A stretch of DNA of 64,000 nt from Gonapodya sp. JEL0774 (taxonomy: Eukaryota). Of the stretch, positions 11,343-24,757 are shown one piece after another. Both the position numbers and the translations under genes were made by a program. The stretch spans positions 62,001 to 126,000 of the forward strand of contig JADIIX010000041.1 of NCBI GenBank assembly GCA_027604505.1, given 5' to 3'. Below the pieces are notes generated by a model that worked only from the letters and a program-made list of their open reading frames with translations, was not told where the DNA came from and ran no database searches. How positions within the stretch are numbered: position 1 is the stretch's first letter; every line of letters begins with the position of its first letter.

Positions 11343-13653
11343 ATGCATCCGAGCGACCCTGCACACTCTGCGAACCCGCCTCCCCTCCTGGCCTCACCTG
11401 TACTCTCGGGCCACATCTCCCCCGTTCTCTCCTTCCATCTCAGCAACCACCAACCGCTCATCCACGAGTGGGTTCGAATCCCGCTCTCTTCTCCCTCGTT
11501 TTTTTTTGCACATTTCCTCATCTCCCTTCTGCACTGCATCCCACCCGCACCCCTCCCCCTCCCCCAGCTCCCTCTTCACCCTCCAACTCGCCGCCCCCAT
11601 CCTCGATACCCCTCCATCCGCCACATCCGACCTCCGCCGCGTCGTCCACAAGGAAGCCGAGCAGCGACGACGCAACGACCTCAAGAAGCTGATCCAGGAC
11701 CTCCGCGCCGTCGTGCCGGGCATACAGAACGCGCAGGCGGCCTCGGACGCGGCGGGGTTCGGCACGCTCGATTCCCTTGCAGGTCATGGGGGCAACGGTG
11801 GGACGGGTGGAACGGGTGGCACGCAGGCCAGCAGGCTGTTTGTCCTCCAAAAGAGTGAGTTTGGGTAGACGGGGGGCAGACGAACACACGGACGCACGGG
11901 CACACCTACATTCCACATATGACCCAACCCGTACAGACGTGGTGTGGACCGGGGGAGGCGGGGGAGGTTGGGGGGTGGGCGGCCGGGTCATACGGCGGGT
12001 CATACGGCGCACCAGACAAACAGAAAGTTTTGTGGAACCGGATCTCCAATCCAGGACACACCTCTCCGGAGCCTCTTTGTGCCATCACGATGAATCTCAC
12101 CAGCAGCCCCTGTGCGGATACATGGACATGGCAATGTTGCGTTCGCGCAAGAGTGGCGAAGACGGAATGGACATATCCCCGGGGTGGTCCGCTTTCTTTT
12201 TCTGGCAGGACTGAAGTTGGGGCAGAGGGGCGTAAACTTGAGTGCCTGGTGTTGAACCGCACCGGAGCCTCGTCGTCATCCTTTTCACTTCCCTCATGTG
12301 ACCTTGTCCCCTCCGCTGCCCCCAGCCTACGAATACATCAAAGACCTCCAATCCGCCGACCGCGCGAGCCAAAAGCGCATCCACGAGCTCAAATCGCGCA
12401 TCGACGCGATCCGAAGCCAGCGGGGCTTGGGCAGACCACGTGGGGGCGGGGTAGGGACTGGGACCGGGACTGGGACGGGGACTTTGGCGAGGACGGGTGG
12501 CGCCGGTGCAGGGGAAGCGCAGTTCGTCAGCCGAGATACAGCAGAGGCAGCGTTGGTCTCGGAGCTTCCCTCTGCGTATGCGCACTTTGAGTTGGATTTG
12601 GAGATGGACCAGGCGGACGGGGACGCGGGCACGTCCCGACACGCACTGCCACCGCCCGCATCGTCCCTCTCGCCATCCTTCGACACCGCGCCCCCCATAT
12701 ACCTCCTCGACCCCCCTGCCCCACCCGATAACATGTCTGCCCGCTCTCCACGGTCACCGGGCCCGTCCCGGTCCTCCTCCTCCTCCTCCTCCACATCATC
12801 CATGAACGTGTCGCCCGCCACACCCACATCTGCATCTGCACAGTCCATACACGGATCGCCCGCGTTTTCCCATTCTCATTCCCGCGCACCCACGCACCTC
12901 ACCGCCCATCCCCCGCCTCCTCCCCCGTCCCACCGACTGGGCGCCGATGCGGCCGCAGCGGGGCCCAGGTACCGTATCCCCCAGGCGTACCGCTCCATAC
13001 CGCTCGCGATGCATACCGGGGCGGGGGAGAACGCGGGTCCGGGGGGCGGGGCGGGCACAGGGGAGTTCCCGGGGTTCGGGTCGCCGGCATCGGCGTCGTC
13101 GTCGGCGGTGGATTTTTCCAGCTGGATTTCGTTCGATGGGGAGGGGGAGGCGAGCGGGGGTGGAGGCGGGGGCGGAGGGGCGGGGGCGGGCGGGGGTGCC
13201 GGTGGAGGGGCACAGGGGCAGCAGCAGCTGGGCGACACCGTGCCACCCCCCGTGGCAGACTCGGACACGGTCATGCACACGGTTGTGTCGGCACTCGCAC
13301 CCGCACCGCCCCACCTCAGGTCCTCGGCCACCACGCCCTGCAAACCCGCCCTCCACGAATCGCACTTTGAGTCCCCGGACAGGCCACCAGCGCCGCCAAT
13401 GCACGCGCAGGCGGAGGTGGGGGACGAGGCGGAACCTCCAGTGGGGTTGCACGTGTCGTGGTCCGACGAGGAAATCGAGACGGTACCGGGGGTAGGGACG
13501 ACGTTAGGGGCATCATCGAGTGGGCGAATGGGCGGCGGCGCTCGGGCAGACGCGCCAAGGGCGGGGGACACGGCGAGGCCTGTGCGGGCCAAACGAGGTA
13601 CGAGACAGAGTAAAACAGAGGACAAGAGACGAGTTCCGGGGAGAGGGGCATGA
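11343..13653 (+). CDS. bHLH-leucine zipper transcription factor (group B, CACGTG-binding type), 3 exons
   Basis: RRVVHKEAEQRRRNDLKKLIQDLRAVVP (H-E-R basic motif), then SRLFVLQK|AYEYIKDLQ..IHELKSRIDAI (helix 2 plus zipper). The ATG at 11343 splices in frame into the bHLH exon. Confidence 0.85.
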
Positions 13654-14004
13654 TGACTTGCGAGGAAGGCTACGGTGATGGAGAGGTGATGGTTTCGGTC
13701 GAGAGGGAATCCTCGCCTATTTCTTCCGACGATGCATATTTATAAAGCACTGACAATGAAACGAAAGAAGTACACAACAAGAATATCGTCTCCGCACGAC
13801 CCTGTCATTCATTACGCGTGTAAAATTATTCGAATTACATTCTACAGGTGTTCATCTAACGAATCATTATGCGAATTCGGCATCGAATCACGGTATCAAT
13901 TAGTGGTAACAAGTCCGGTTGGCTATATACATCCTAATCTCTGAGGGTAAGGAGGGGAGGGGGGGGGGGAGGAGGAGAGCGGGGTCACGCACAGCTTGCG
14001 TGCC

Positions 14005-17000
14005 TTACTGAATGAGTTCATCGTCACTGCTCTCATCCTTGTACCGCGAAGTGGCGGTTCCTTTCCTCTTCGTTTTCCGAGATCCGTCTCCATCACTGCC
14101 GACGGACATTTCCATGGCCGAGTCCACTTCCGAGTCGTAATCTGACGCAGCTTTCCGCTTGCGCTTTTTCGACGGCCCAGACTTTCTCTGTTTCGGAGCG
14201 GTACCCTTTGATGCTCGAGCCTTGGCAGGTGCACGCTTCTTTGGTGCCTTCTTTTTGCCGTGGGAGTTTCCCTGTTGCGCACCATCAACGTCCGCCCCGG
14301 TTTCCGCGGCACCGTCTCCTTCGCCGAACAGATTGCTGAGCGACTCAGGCTCAATGTCGTCTTCTCCGAGGATGGCTATATCCGAGAGTATCATCGAGTG
14401 GAACTGGTGGTCCGGTAAACAGAGGGTTGATCCGGAGGACCACATCAACAACAACAAGCGACACCGCGTACTTACATTCCTGACGACTTCGGCTCTTCCT
14501 TCATCGGTTTGGAGATTCCACTCAGCCACTGTTCCGTCGACAGTCGTTCTCCGTTCTACGTCGTCCCAAGTCACTTCCGCAGGGTACACGATCTCGGTCT
14601 TGTCAATGGCCTTTTCAGTCGATCGCGGAGCATCTGACGGTTTAAAATGCAGAACACGTCTAAAAAGTACGGTCATTCGGTGAGGGATTCACGCGACAAT
14701 TGTTGATAAAGAATGGTCCTACGCACTGATCCTTGAGGTCGTACGTCATTTGCAGATATCTCTTCCGTAGTGCAAGCAAGTAACCCATGCAGATAGACAT
14801 TTTGGCTGCGAGCTCAATCGACAGTGAGGTCTCGACTGCACGAGCGACAATAAGAAAATAGTAAAACAGAAATTGTTGATAAACGACCGAAATGAAAGGA
14901 CGCTCCTATCTCTTCCTGCAGTAACTCACCCGTCGCCTTCTTCACCCTTTCATCGAGACTGTTGGAATCAGAAGATTTCGGGTCTCCCTCGACATCGCCG
15001 CCATCATCCAACAACTCCGCAAATCTCACTACGGTCGAAGCTGTCACGCCAAGCGCTTGGTTGATGTAATGGATCACCGTTAAGACTTCCTCCTGTGTAC
15101 TGTACTCAAGTGTTGCTAGTGCTTCGGCAACGAAACGGGAGAGGGTGAAATCAATTTTGCTTGAATCCTCCCTGGATTGGTTGTCAATGATTTTGACCAG
15201 CGAATACAGAAAATCGTTTCGAGGCTTTTTCCTGGACCGAACGAGCTCGAACATGGGTTGGAGGAAAGAGTAGAGTCGGGAGTCCACCTGACGATAACCT
15301 GAGCAAAATCCCAGCTATAAAAAAATTGACACATGAAGCAAATAAGGCATTTACATACCACAAACTTTCCGCTCTTTCACAGACTTTGCTTGGAAGTCGT
15401 ATGCGGTAACGATGCACTTTGTGAAAACCGTCGGTTGATTTAGTAGAGATGGGAACTTCTCGCATAGTCGACCGTGAACTTTTTGAGCGCGGTGGCCAAG
15501 AGCGATGTCATCACAAGTTTCGATAGCGACCAACGCAGGTATAATTTGCGGTGGGGGAACGAGACCCTGCTCTTCGATTGCGGCAAGAACATCGAACGCG
15601 ACCACTCGAAGTCGCGAGTTGGTGGAGAGGAGACAGTCAGTTATTCCCGGAAGATACATTTGCATGGTGGATAGTGCGATTCTGATAAAAACAAAGGAAT
15701 GCGTTGTTTGGTGTAAGAAGACTCGGAGAACACTGCAAATTGCTGATTTGGATGTTTATCACTCACCCAGCTTCACCAAGCTTTTCAGTTCGCCCAGCAA
15801 GCAATTCTCGATCGACCGGTCCATCGTCTTTCTTTTCTTCTGTCGACAGCAAGAGAGTGTAAGTACATTATCGTCACGAGAACTCTCAGGCTCATACTCG
15901 CTTTCCTCAACTTCGACAGTCTTAGCATTCTCATCTGAAAGAAAGTCTCGAAAGCATCCGAGAACTTTCTCTTTGAGTTCCACGACTTCGCCAGCAAAAA
16001 CATTCCCTATCAATTCACGAAAAGTATCATCCACCAAATATGATGGCTGCCCAATAGCGATATTGCCTGTATTCAAACGAAGATCTCAAATCAATCCAGA
16101 AAAACCCTGCCGGAAGAACTAATTGGACCCACCTAGAGCTTCGATTGCAGCAGCAGCGACGAATGGTGGCACAGATGATCCAACAAAGCTCATACATTCA
16201 CGAAAGGATCGCTGACGCAAAGTTTTACTTGGTGTGATCTACGAAATCATTTGCGTGATACAATGAGTCCAACACCAAGGGATGGAAACTAACCTCGCTA
16301 AGCTCCTCCAAGAGCTCTTTGCAGTCTTCGTCTGAGGCAAACAAGCTATTAACAACGGTGACAATCAGAAACGATGGTGTGAGATCAACTTACCCTGAAC
16401 AGAATCCATATACTGATCCAGATCCAAGCATCTCAGAACCAGCCCTATAATCGCAAGACACCTGACCACCGCAGGGGCGACGTTCGACGTGCCGGTTCCA
16501 AACAAAGGAGTTTTCTCGTTGGCTGCTCGAAGCTGAGAAAGTCGTTCAAGAACTCTCCCGAAAACTTCTGCAACACGGTCGTAATTCCTGGTTTGCGTCT
16601 CAACCAACCGACACAGGCACGGCACTGCAGCTGAAAGGACGAATGATATTCGCACGCGTGAGATGATTTTTTGAAGTTTCTCTTCCATTCTGTTTAAAAC
16701 GCCGCGGTCCGCCTGTTTCACTCGTGGAAGCATGTCGGTGAATATCGATAGAACAGTGCTCACGGTATCCCCTTCATCTTTGCTGAGAACCCCATTCTTT
16801 CGAGTCAATAGGCAGGGGTCAGGAATCAAGCTAATGAGCGCGGGTTGGTCACTCACATCCGGAATCTCCAGATAAATATCAAGAGTGACGACGTGACGTA
16901 ACAGAAGGGAAGGGCTTGCTCGACTCAATTGTTGAAGAGTGAGAAGAGAGCCCAGCACGGAATCGCGTGCCTAGAAAACGCGGTTACCTCTGTGTCACCA

Positions 17001-20000
17001 CATGAAGTCAAATTCAAGTTTCAAAACATACCTTGGAGTCCGCTTCGCCTCCAGCGTTCACAACCTCCTCAACCAAATGATCGGTGAGGACACGGCAAAC
17101 CCTTGCGACGTCGACAGTGTCGTCCGCGTCCCTTGTTTGGCCCCCCTTCAAGCATCGCTTCACGAAGTCGCCGAGGTACTCGACAGAGCGGACACCCTGC
17201 AAGCGCGCAGCTGTTCCCTGGAAAACGATGGCTCGACGACCAACTTCCAACCGGCCCAGTGGAGAAACAGATGAGTAGTTCCAGGCTCCTGCAGCTGTTG
17301 GTTCGTTGTGATCGGCTTCCACGACACGACTCTTCCTCTTCTTTGAGGCTGACTTTGCGATCGATTCTTCATCAAGAACATCGTCTGTTGGGGGTAAGGC
17401 AACAAATTGGAACTTGCTGAACCAGCACTCCTGGAGGTTCTTGGCGGCAAGATCCCGAACTGTTTCCTCCTCATCTAAAACTGTCGCCCTTATGAGCCTG
17501 AACGATGCGTCCACCATCCTCTCTGTGTCCAACTGCTCCAGATCCGAAATCCCCTCTCCCTTTTGGTAGGAAGCTTTCGAAAACTGAACGAACGCATCTT
17601 TCAAAAATTTGACGACCCTCTTGCGCACGTTGGTGCCAGTGTCAAGCATTCTCAAGGCAACAGCAGCATAATAATATCTAGTCACGTCCGTGTCGCTGGA
17701 ACCAACCGCGTACTTGCTGATCAATTCGACTGCTGCATCACGGACCGCGGGACTTGCATCCGTAAAACAACTTTCCACTGCGTTGCGGACTCTATCAGAG
17801 CGTAGTAAACTGGCGTCGATGGAGGTGATCGCTGAAAGGGATCGAAGGGCCTTGGTCCGAAGTTGCACAGAGCCACCAGCGAGGATGGCCACAAGTTTAC
17901 CAAGCAAATGCTCCCAAGAGTGATATAGTGACCCACGAAATGAGAGAACCCCTATCAAATTACAGATTACAGGACGCTCGTCCGCGGCTGTCCCGTTAAA
18001 ACTTTTGGAAGGAGTTCCGTTGGCAAGGTCCCCATTCAGAAGAGTCAGAAAACACTGAAGTGACGGGAGGGTCTCAGACTCCTTCCGAAGATCGATGCGA
18101 TATGAGCTACGCGTGAGGGCTGGGTGAGAACAAAGAAAGAAGACATGCGAGGGATCCCAAGCATGGGAGCAAGCGTACCGGGATCTCCTACTCGACAGAG
18201 CCTCAGAACAATCAAGTGCGACTTCATTGACCATTGCTAGTGCATCCTTTTCAATAACGATCGCAGAAGCTTTGCCGTCTCGAAGTAACGTGACATATCC
18301 AGACAGCCAGTGAGCGAGGTGAAATATTCGAGCGGACTGTTTGCCATACGGTGGTATCACTAGTGCTCTCTGAGAATGTGAAAGAGCATATAACCCAACA
18401 CTCTCACCTCTGTAGTGCCCTCATCGTCACCCTTCTTCAACCATCCCTCTACCTTTCTCTCCGCAGCCCACATTTTTAATATCTCTTCCTTTTCTTTTGG
18501 CTTTGCCTCCGTCGATAAAGATGCATCGACTTGTGCCGCCCAGCCGCTGGCTTGTAGTTCTTTTCGCCGGGAATACAGCCTGGCAGTGATGTTGCCAACC
18601 ACATCAACGGCCAGTTGGGCAATCGTGGCCGGTGTGCGTTTGTCGTCCAAGTGCTGAAGCTGAAAAGTAATTTTTAAAGTCGGACAAAAAGATAATGATT
18701 CGACTTCCACTGACACCTACCATGACCTTTGCTGCAACACCGACGACCCACTCCGCCGCCGGCCATTCTGGTGCATCCACGCATTTGAGCGCATCGCCAA
18801 TAAGTTCTTCGAGCACCTTGCGGTAGCCCGCCTCATTGCCTTCTTCGTGAATAGTACGTTTTTTGTGTTTAACAGGTGATGGGTGAGCTTCGGTATGGGG
18901 GAGGGATCGGAGAAGCAGATGACGAATGATGTGTGCAGACGTAGCCAGCGAGCGTTCAAGAGGTGCACGGAGTAAGGCGAGAAACTTATGGATAGTGACA
19001 GAACAATGAGAATGTGTGGGATATACCTATGTCAATTCCACTGCAGTTCACCTTTTCCACATCCTTCACGATTTCTTTCTGATCTTTAACTTCTGTACCT
19101 TCTGTTTTCTTCTTCTTCAGCTTACCGGGCCTTTCGTCAATCTCGATGACAAACTCCGTGTCCCAATCCTCCTTCTGGACTCCACACCAGTCCCTCACAC
19201 CCTCCTCTGTCTCCACCCCTACGCACTGCGCACAGAGCATGACCGCTGCAGAATAAGCTGAAATAGACCTCCCGTCCGGCGTGACAAACGCCCGCGGCGA
19301 CCCAGTACCAGTACGCTTACCACCGGCACCAATGTAGAACTCCGCCGCTTTCGTCATACTCGCGACAACCTCACCCAAAACATCGTCCCTCACTCCAGGA
19401 TAGTGATGCAACAGCGCAGCCATCAACTCTGCACCCGCTGACGCAGCCCCTTCAACACCCACAGTCCATCCTTCCCTCGTTCGGCCTTCAGCAGCGCCTA
19501 CCAGAGTCTCAACTGCAAGCGACGCGCAAGCAACAACATGATGCTCTGCGAGCCGTTCCCCTGTTCGCATAAGCCGAGCGGCGAGGCGGAGAGTGTCAGA
19601 CAAGCGAGAAGTGAGGTCCGCTAACGCTGTGCGGAGTTTGGGAGAGGTAGAAAGAATGCGGGGAAGATGGTTGGCGGACCGACTCAGGGTTTCTGGATCA
19701 GCTGAGGAAGCGAAGTGAAGGTGGCGATGGGCGGGAAGAATAGCCGATGAGATAAGATGCTGAAGGAGCGATAAGGTTGATGTGAGGAGTGAATCCGGGA
19801 GGAGCTGTTTGGCAAGGGGGTCCGTTGGTGAGATACAAAACAGGTGAGACGATTTGTTTGGGGGTATCCCGACAACGAACTCAACTCACCTTCCTCCTCG
19901 TCGCTTGTCCTACGGCAGCTCCGCCTGAAGCAACACCGGTCATCATGCCCCAGGCCACAACGCCAGCCTCGAGACCCCATTGTTCCCTTGAAACCTGCTC

Positions 20001-22505
20001 CAAAACCCTCTCCGTTATCGCCTCGTCTCCGTCCGGATCATCTTCCACCTTGTCCTCAGGCTCCTCCTCGGTTGATCGGGGCTTTCTCGCCCCTCTCAAA
20101 TCTAACACCCCGCACTCTTCCACCACACCACCACACCAACCAGCCACGCGAGTCCACGATTCTTCCCCTAATCCTATCCCACCTGCTGCCCCTTTCAAAC
20201 ACTCAACAAATCCTCTTGCGACCAGCACTTTATCCAACTTCTCTGCGACCCTCCTGAAGCTCCTTGAGCTCGGCAAAAGAGAACCGTCAGCTACTGCTGC
20301 ACCCGACGTGGGGATCCGGAAACCCTGCGGAGCTTGTGGTGCTGAAGGGTCGTATGAGGATTCGGAGTCGATAAGCGAGTTCAATATATCAGCAAGCTTG
20401 GAAGCGGGGCCTCGCCATTCGTCTGAACGTGGTCGTTTGAGAGACAGCGGAGAGCTAGCCGCGACAGGAGTAACTGAGGCAGGTGCAGAACTAAGAGGAG
20501 GTTTGGAGGGTGTTGAAAGGTCTCGCGATGGGCTTGTTAGTGACGATCCTGGACGTAAGGGTGGGGTGTCGGGTCGAGGAGCCTTAATTTGCGGTGCTGG
20601 AGGTACAAGAGGTGTGCGCTGTGGGGAACTACGAAGAGTAGGCGACTTTTGGCTGCTTTGCCTTGGAGTAGCGGACACAATTACTGACACGTACGCTTGC
20701 TGAGACGGCACAGCACTACTACTTTTCGGTGCAGCAGGCAAAGTTGACGTAGAAGGGAAGGAAGTGGCGAAAGCGCTTCGGAGGGCAGGAAGGCGAGGAA
20801 CAAGGTTTGAAAGCGGATACGGAGCAACTGTGAATGGATTACAAAAAAACAAATTGGCATCGGGCACGCCATGGCAAAGCGAAAATGATTACTGGAGCTC
20901 AGCGTCCCTGAACTCCAATCGCCGTCACTCCCATCCACTACCCTCACCTTCCATTTTCACTTCCGCGTCCAGCTCCGCCTTGACGCTCGCGCCGGCCACG
21001 TCACGAGCGAGGCCGGACAGATTCACCTCTGCAGGCTGCATAGGCGGGTCCGAAGAATGAAGGGAGCGAGACTTATTGAACGGTTCCGGTGGAGGAGAGC
21101 GACTGGGAATCATTCACAGTAGGTCAATTGGAGGATTAGAAGCTTGTCCACGAATGCAGCGAATGAATCCTTAGATTGTTTTAGCACGATACCGAACACC
21201 AAACGTGTTCATGCTCATCCCAATCATTTGAGCACTCAACTTCCTAACTCCCTCTTGAGTCATTCCATTCACCAACCACATTTATTTGCAGCATCCTACT
21301 CACATCCACCCTCCATCCACCTTTGCCACGGCGTTCCTTACGGCCTCAGCCAGTTCGTCTTCCGGGGCAGAATAAGCAGCCAGGTATCGCTCTGCCTCAC
21401 GAAGTCTGGTGGGATCTGAGTGCGCGAATCGCAAGGGAAGATCGAGGGAGGGAAGTAGCGAAGTTGGGGGTGGGAGTAGCGCTGGGGAAGATAAGGAGAG
21501 CGTAGGGAGGGTTTCAGAAACACCAGTGTATCGCAGGTCTCACGGTTAGAGGTTGCTGCCCCTACGGTTCTTGAATATTGCGCTGACTCCTTGGCCAGCA
21601 ACTGTACCATCGGTCCGGGCCTACTCAATCCACAAAGTCCTATGTACATACTCACGGTGAACGACTCGATTGCCAGCTAAAAAGGGCACGTGGACCACCG
21701 CATATGGGATAGAAGACAAAGCAGCGGCTGGAGCCGCCGCGATTGAAATTGGTTGCGGCTGTGAATTGGGGGGTGGCAGAGGCGCAGGGAGTGAGGCGGG
21801 CGGATTAGACTTATGGGGTTTCGGAACTTTGGAGGGTTTACTGGGTATAGGAGCTGCTGCGGCGGTGGCAGCCGAGATAAATGTCGGAGTAGGTGGTTTG
21901 GTTTTGACAGAGGAACGCTTTGCGGGAGCGGAGGCACGCGCAGTAGGAATCGGCGTTAGAACTTCATATGGAATCGCGGCACTTGAAGGGTAGTCGTTCA
22001 CCACATGGGGTCGAGCATTTGGTTTGGGAGCTGACATCTGCCCATGAGGTTGGACGGGTGTAGGGTATGGTGTAGGAACGAAGTGTGGCAGATGGGCCGG
22101 GGAAATGACGCCGTTGTAGACGCCTTGAGCTGGAATCAAGTTCTGTGGGACATACTGCAGCTGTGGGTAGCTGAGACTTTGAGGGTGGAACTGCTCGTTG
22201 AAAGTGTGGTGGGGCACATTGTGGATCTGTTGGGATGGAGGATTCCCTTGCTGATGCATCGGGTGCACCCAATGCACCTGTTGCGTCTGTTGTGTCTGAT
22301 GGAGCTGCTGCGTTTGCCGCTGGGTCTGCTGTCCTTCCCCCTGTTGCAGTCCTCCATGTTTGAGAGGCACTGCTCCACCAACAGTTTGAGACACCGAAAG
22401 TCCATGGTGCGGGGAGGTCAAAGGGCGACCTTGGTCATGCTGCTGCCACTGCATTGTTTGCCTCAATGATGCTGTTCCACTCGTAACTGCTTGAAGTGTC
22501 CGCAC
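14005..22505 (-). CDS. SCC2: Cohesin loader Scc2/Mis4/Nipped-B (NIPBL), many exons; additional 5' exons may extend to about 23400
   Basis: PEWPAAE motif; Cohesin_HEAT LRTKALRSLSAI..DASPAVRDAAVELISKY..LDTGTNVRKRVVK..DEEETVRDLA; Nipped-B_C QGLVPPPQIIPALVAIET and LATLEYSTQEEVLTVIHYI. Q/P-rich N-terminus. Confidence 0.92.
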
Positions 22506-23545
22506 AAAATTACACAGCAGGGATCGTTTCAGCTCTCGAACTCCACCCCTGATTCACCAAATCTCTATCCGTTTCCACTTTTTCACCAACAAGGATGTGC
22601 TTTGGCGAGGGATTCTCCGCTGAAAAGAAGCGTGCGTCCGGCCGCGACGAGTACCTGGTGTGCCCAATTCTCAATGCTCTCACGTCACGCTTGTTTCCGC
22701 TTCAAGCAAATAGAATTCGCCCGGAACAGCTAAGCGCGTGGGATTCCCGAATGCCCCTTGCCTTGGGGACTTCCTGGTGGTGAGGTTCCTGCGAAGATGG
22801 CCCGTGCGGTTTGGAACCCGCGATTAGCAGTCTGCACGTATGATTCTAGTATCTGACTATAAAATCAAAGCCCCGCTAAAATACACAGTGGGAGTTGTCG
22901 AATCCCTCATGTTGCGCACATGAACTTCTCCGTTTTGAAACTAAATAAACTCCATGACTACCATATCCCTTCCCGAGCAACTCCGTGACAGAGCGGCCAT
23001 TGTACGGGCAAAAAGGGGCCAAACCACGTTTGGTGAAAGGAGGAAAGTAGTACTGAGACATTGAATTTTGCCGTTGTCGAACCACAATCCTGGATGTTGC
23101 ACTCACCTGATGCTCCTATCCGGGGGGATGTAAGCTCCAAAGTACTCGGGTGATTGTGCTGAATACATGTTGCAGCGCAGATGAGTGTGATGAGGGGTGA
23201 AACGATGGACAATGTGGCCCAATGATAACCGGTGCGTAGGAGAGTGACTTTGACCGTTGGAATGTTGTCGGGGCTCTGGTGATGGTGCTCACGGAGTCTA
23301 GGTAATGATTCCAGCTTTTGTGAGTGTATATACATGGGACATGAGGTGGAATGTCAGGTGGAGAGACTGTGGTTCGTAATCCCAGAATGTCAAAATTCAT
23401 TGCAGAAGTGCTCTGAAAACGTTGAAATGGACTCCATAGTAGGCTGGGCCGGGTGCGCCAGCGCCCTTTTGCAGCCGTCCCATTTTGAGATCGGTACACG
23501 ACACAATACAAGGTCCCCAATCAACCGCTGCAATCAACGACCACG

Positions 23546-24398
23546 ATGATTCTCCGTCCACGCGTGATTCTGCATCCCATCGTTGGCAACCCGACTATAA
23601 TGATGTCCTCCTTGAGGTGTTCCCGGCCAAGTACCTTCAACGGCCGTTATGCCTATTCAAATTACCGGTCAAAATCGAGCTCCAATTCAAACTCCACATA
23701 CTCCCGAATAGGCCCCGCAATCGGGATCGGTATTCTTGCCGGAATTCAACTCCGCCTCCGTGCAACTAGCGCAGATTGCGCTGCTGCGGCTGCCGGAGCT
23801 ACAAAAGCATCTGCCGTGGGGCCGACAGGGAAGTCGAACGAGCACCTGCCGGAGGGAGGTAGCTATCTTCAAAATCTTCCAGTCGAGCTCACGATTGGAG
23901 GGTTCTTGGGATTCAGTGCCGGTGAGTGCATCGTGTTGACAAGAGTGCCCTTCACGATGTTAAAAGTGGGACTATGAAACAGGGTATTTTACAGTCAAGA
24001 TAGGGAAGGTCCTTGTTTTTTTCGTTGGAGGCCTCTTCGTGTTTGTGCAGGTATGTATTTTGTTCAGCGTGGTCATTGGAGTGAGTTGAATGATGTCATG
24101 TTTCTCTCCAAATCAGTATCTTGTCCACAAGGGATGGGTCACGATTAACTGGCAAGGTGTAGAATCCAGCTGGACTACCAGTTGGGATCGTGACGGGGAC
24201 GGGAAGGTCCATATCCCTTGACCCTTCACATAATGAAAACCTCAAACATTTGTAATCTTTCAACTGTTCCAGGTTACCTTTCGCGACATTGCTTCAATAA
24301 TTGGATCTTGGATCAAGTGGCTCACCTTCCGTATTCCCTCGGCTACAACTTTCTCAGCAGGCTTCTACTACGCTCTCAGCAACGTTAACAAATCTTGA
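23546..24398 (+). CDS. FUN14: FUN14/FUNDC-family mitochondrial outer-membrane protein (4 exons)
   Basis: ELTIGGFLGFSA|GYFTVKIGKVLVFFVGGLFVFVQ|YLVHKGWVTINWQ ... FSAGFYYAL matches the FUN14 pattern. Confidence 0.85.
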
Positions 24399-24757
24399 TC
24401 TTGGGATGGAGAACAAGTCACGTTAATCACCCATTACAGTGGGCATTGGGGTATGTGCCAGTGAATCTTGTATGACTGTGGGTGGGTGCGGTTGTGGGGC
24501 GGATGCAGGAACACAACCATGCATCTTGATAACAGTTCACACGATGCGTCACACTACTGCACAAGCTTATTAAACTTGGCTCTAGGTACATAACAGAGAT
24601 ATATACATAAAACATACCCCAAGCAACAAATACACCATCACGGCAATAAATGGATTATCTCAAAACGGAGCAAAACAACAGAGAGCGAAGAAACCGAATC
24701 AGGTTGACATTTACAATCTTCCACCACATCCCATAGGTGGAGCCCCTTTGGCTGGCT

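Noticed and set aside
7597..13651. Many long antisense and alternate-frame ORFs
   Set aside because: Expected shadow ORFs in GC-rich coding sequence.
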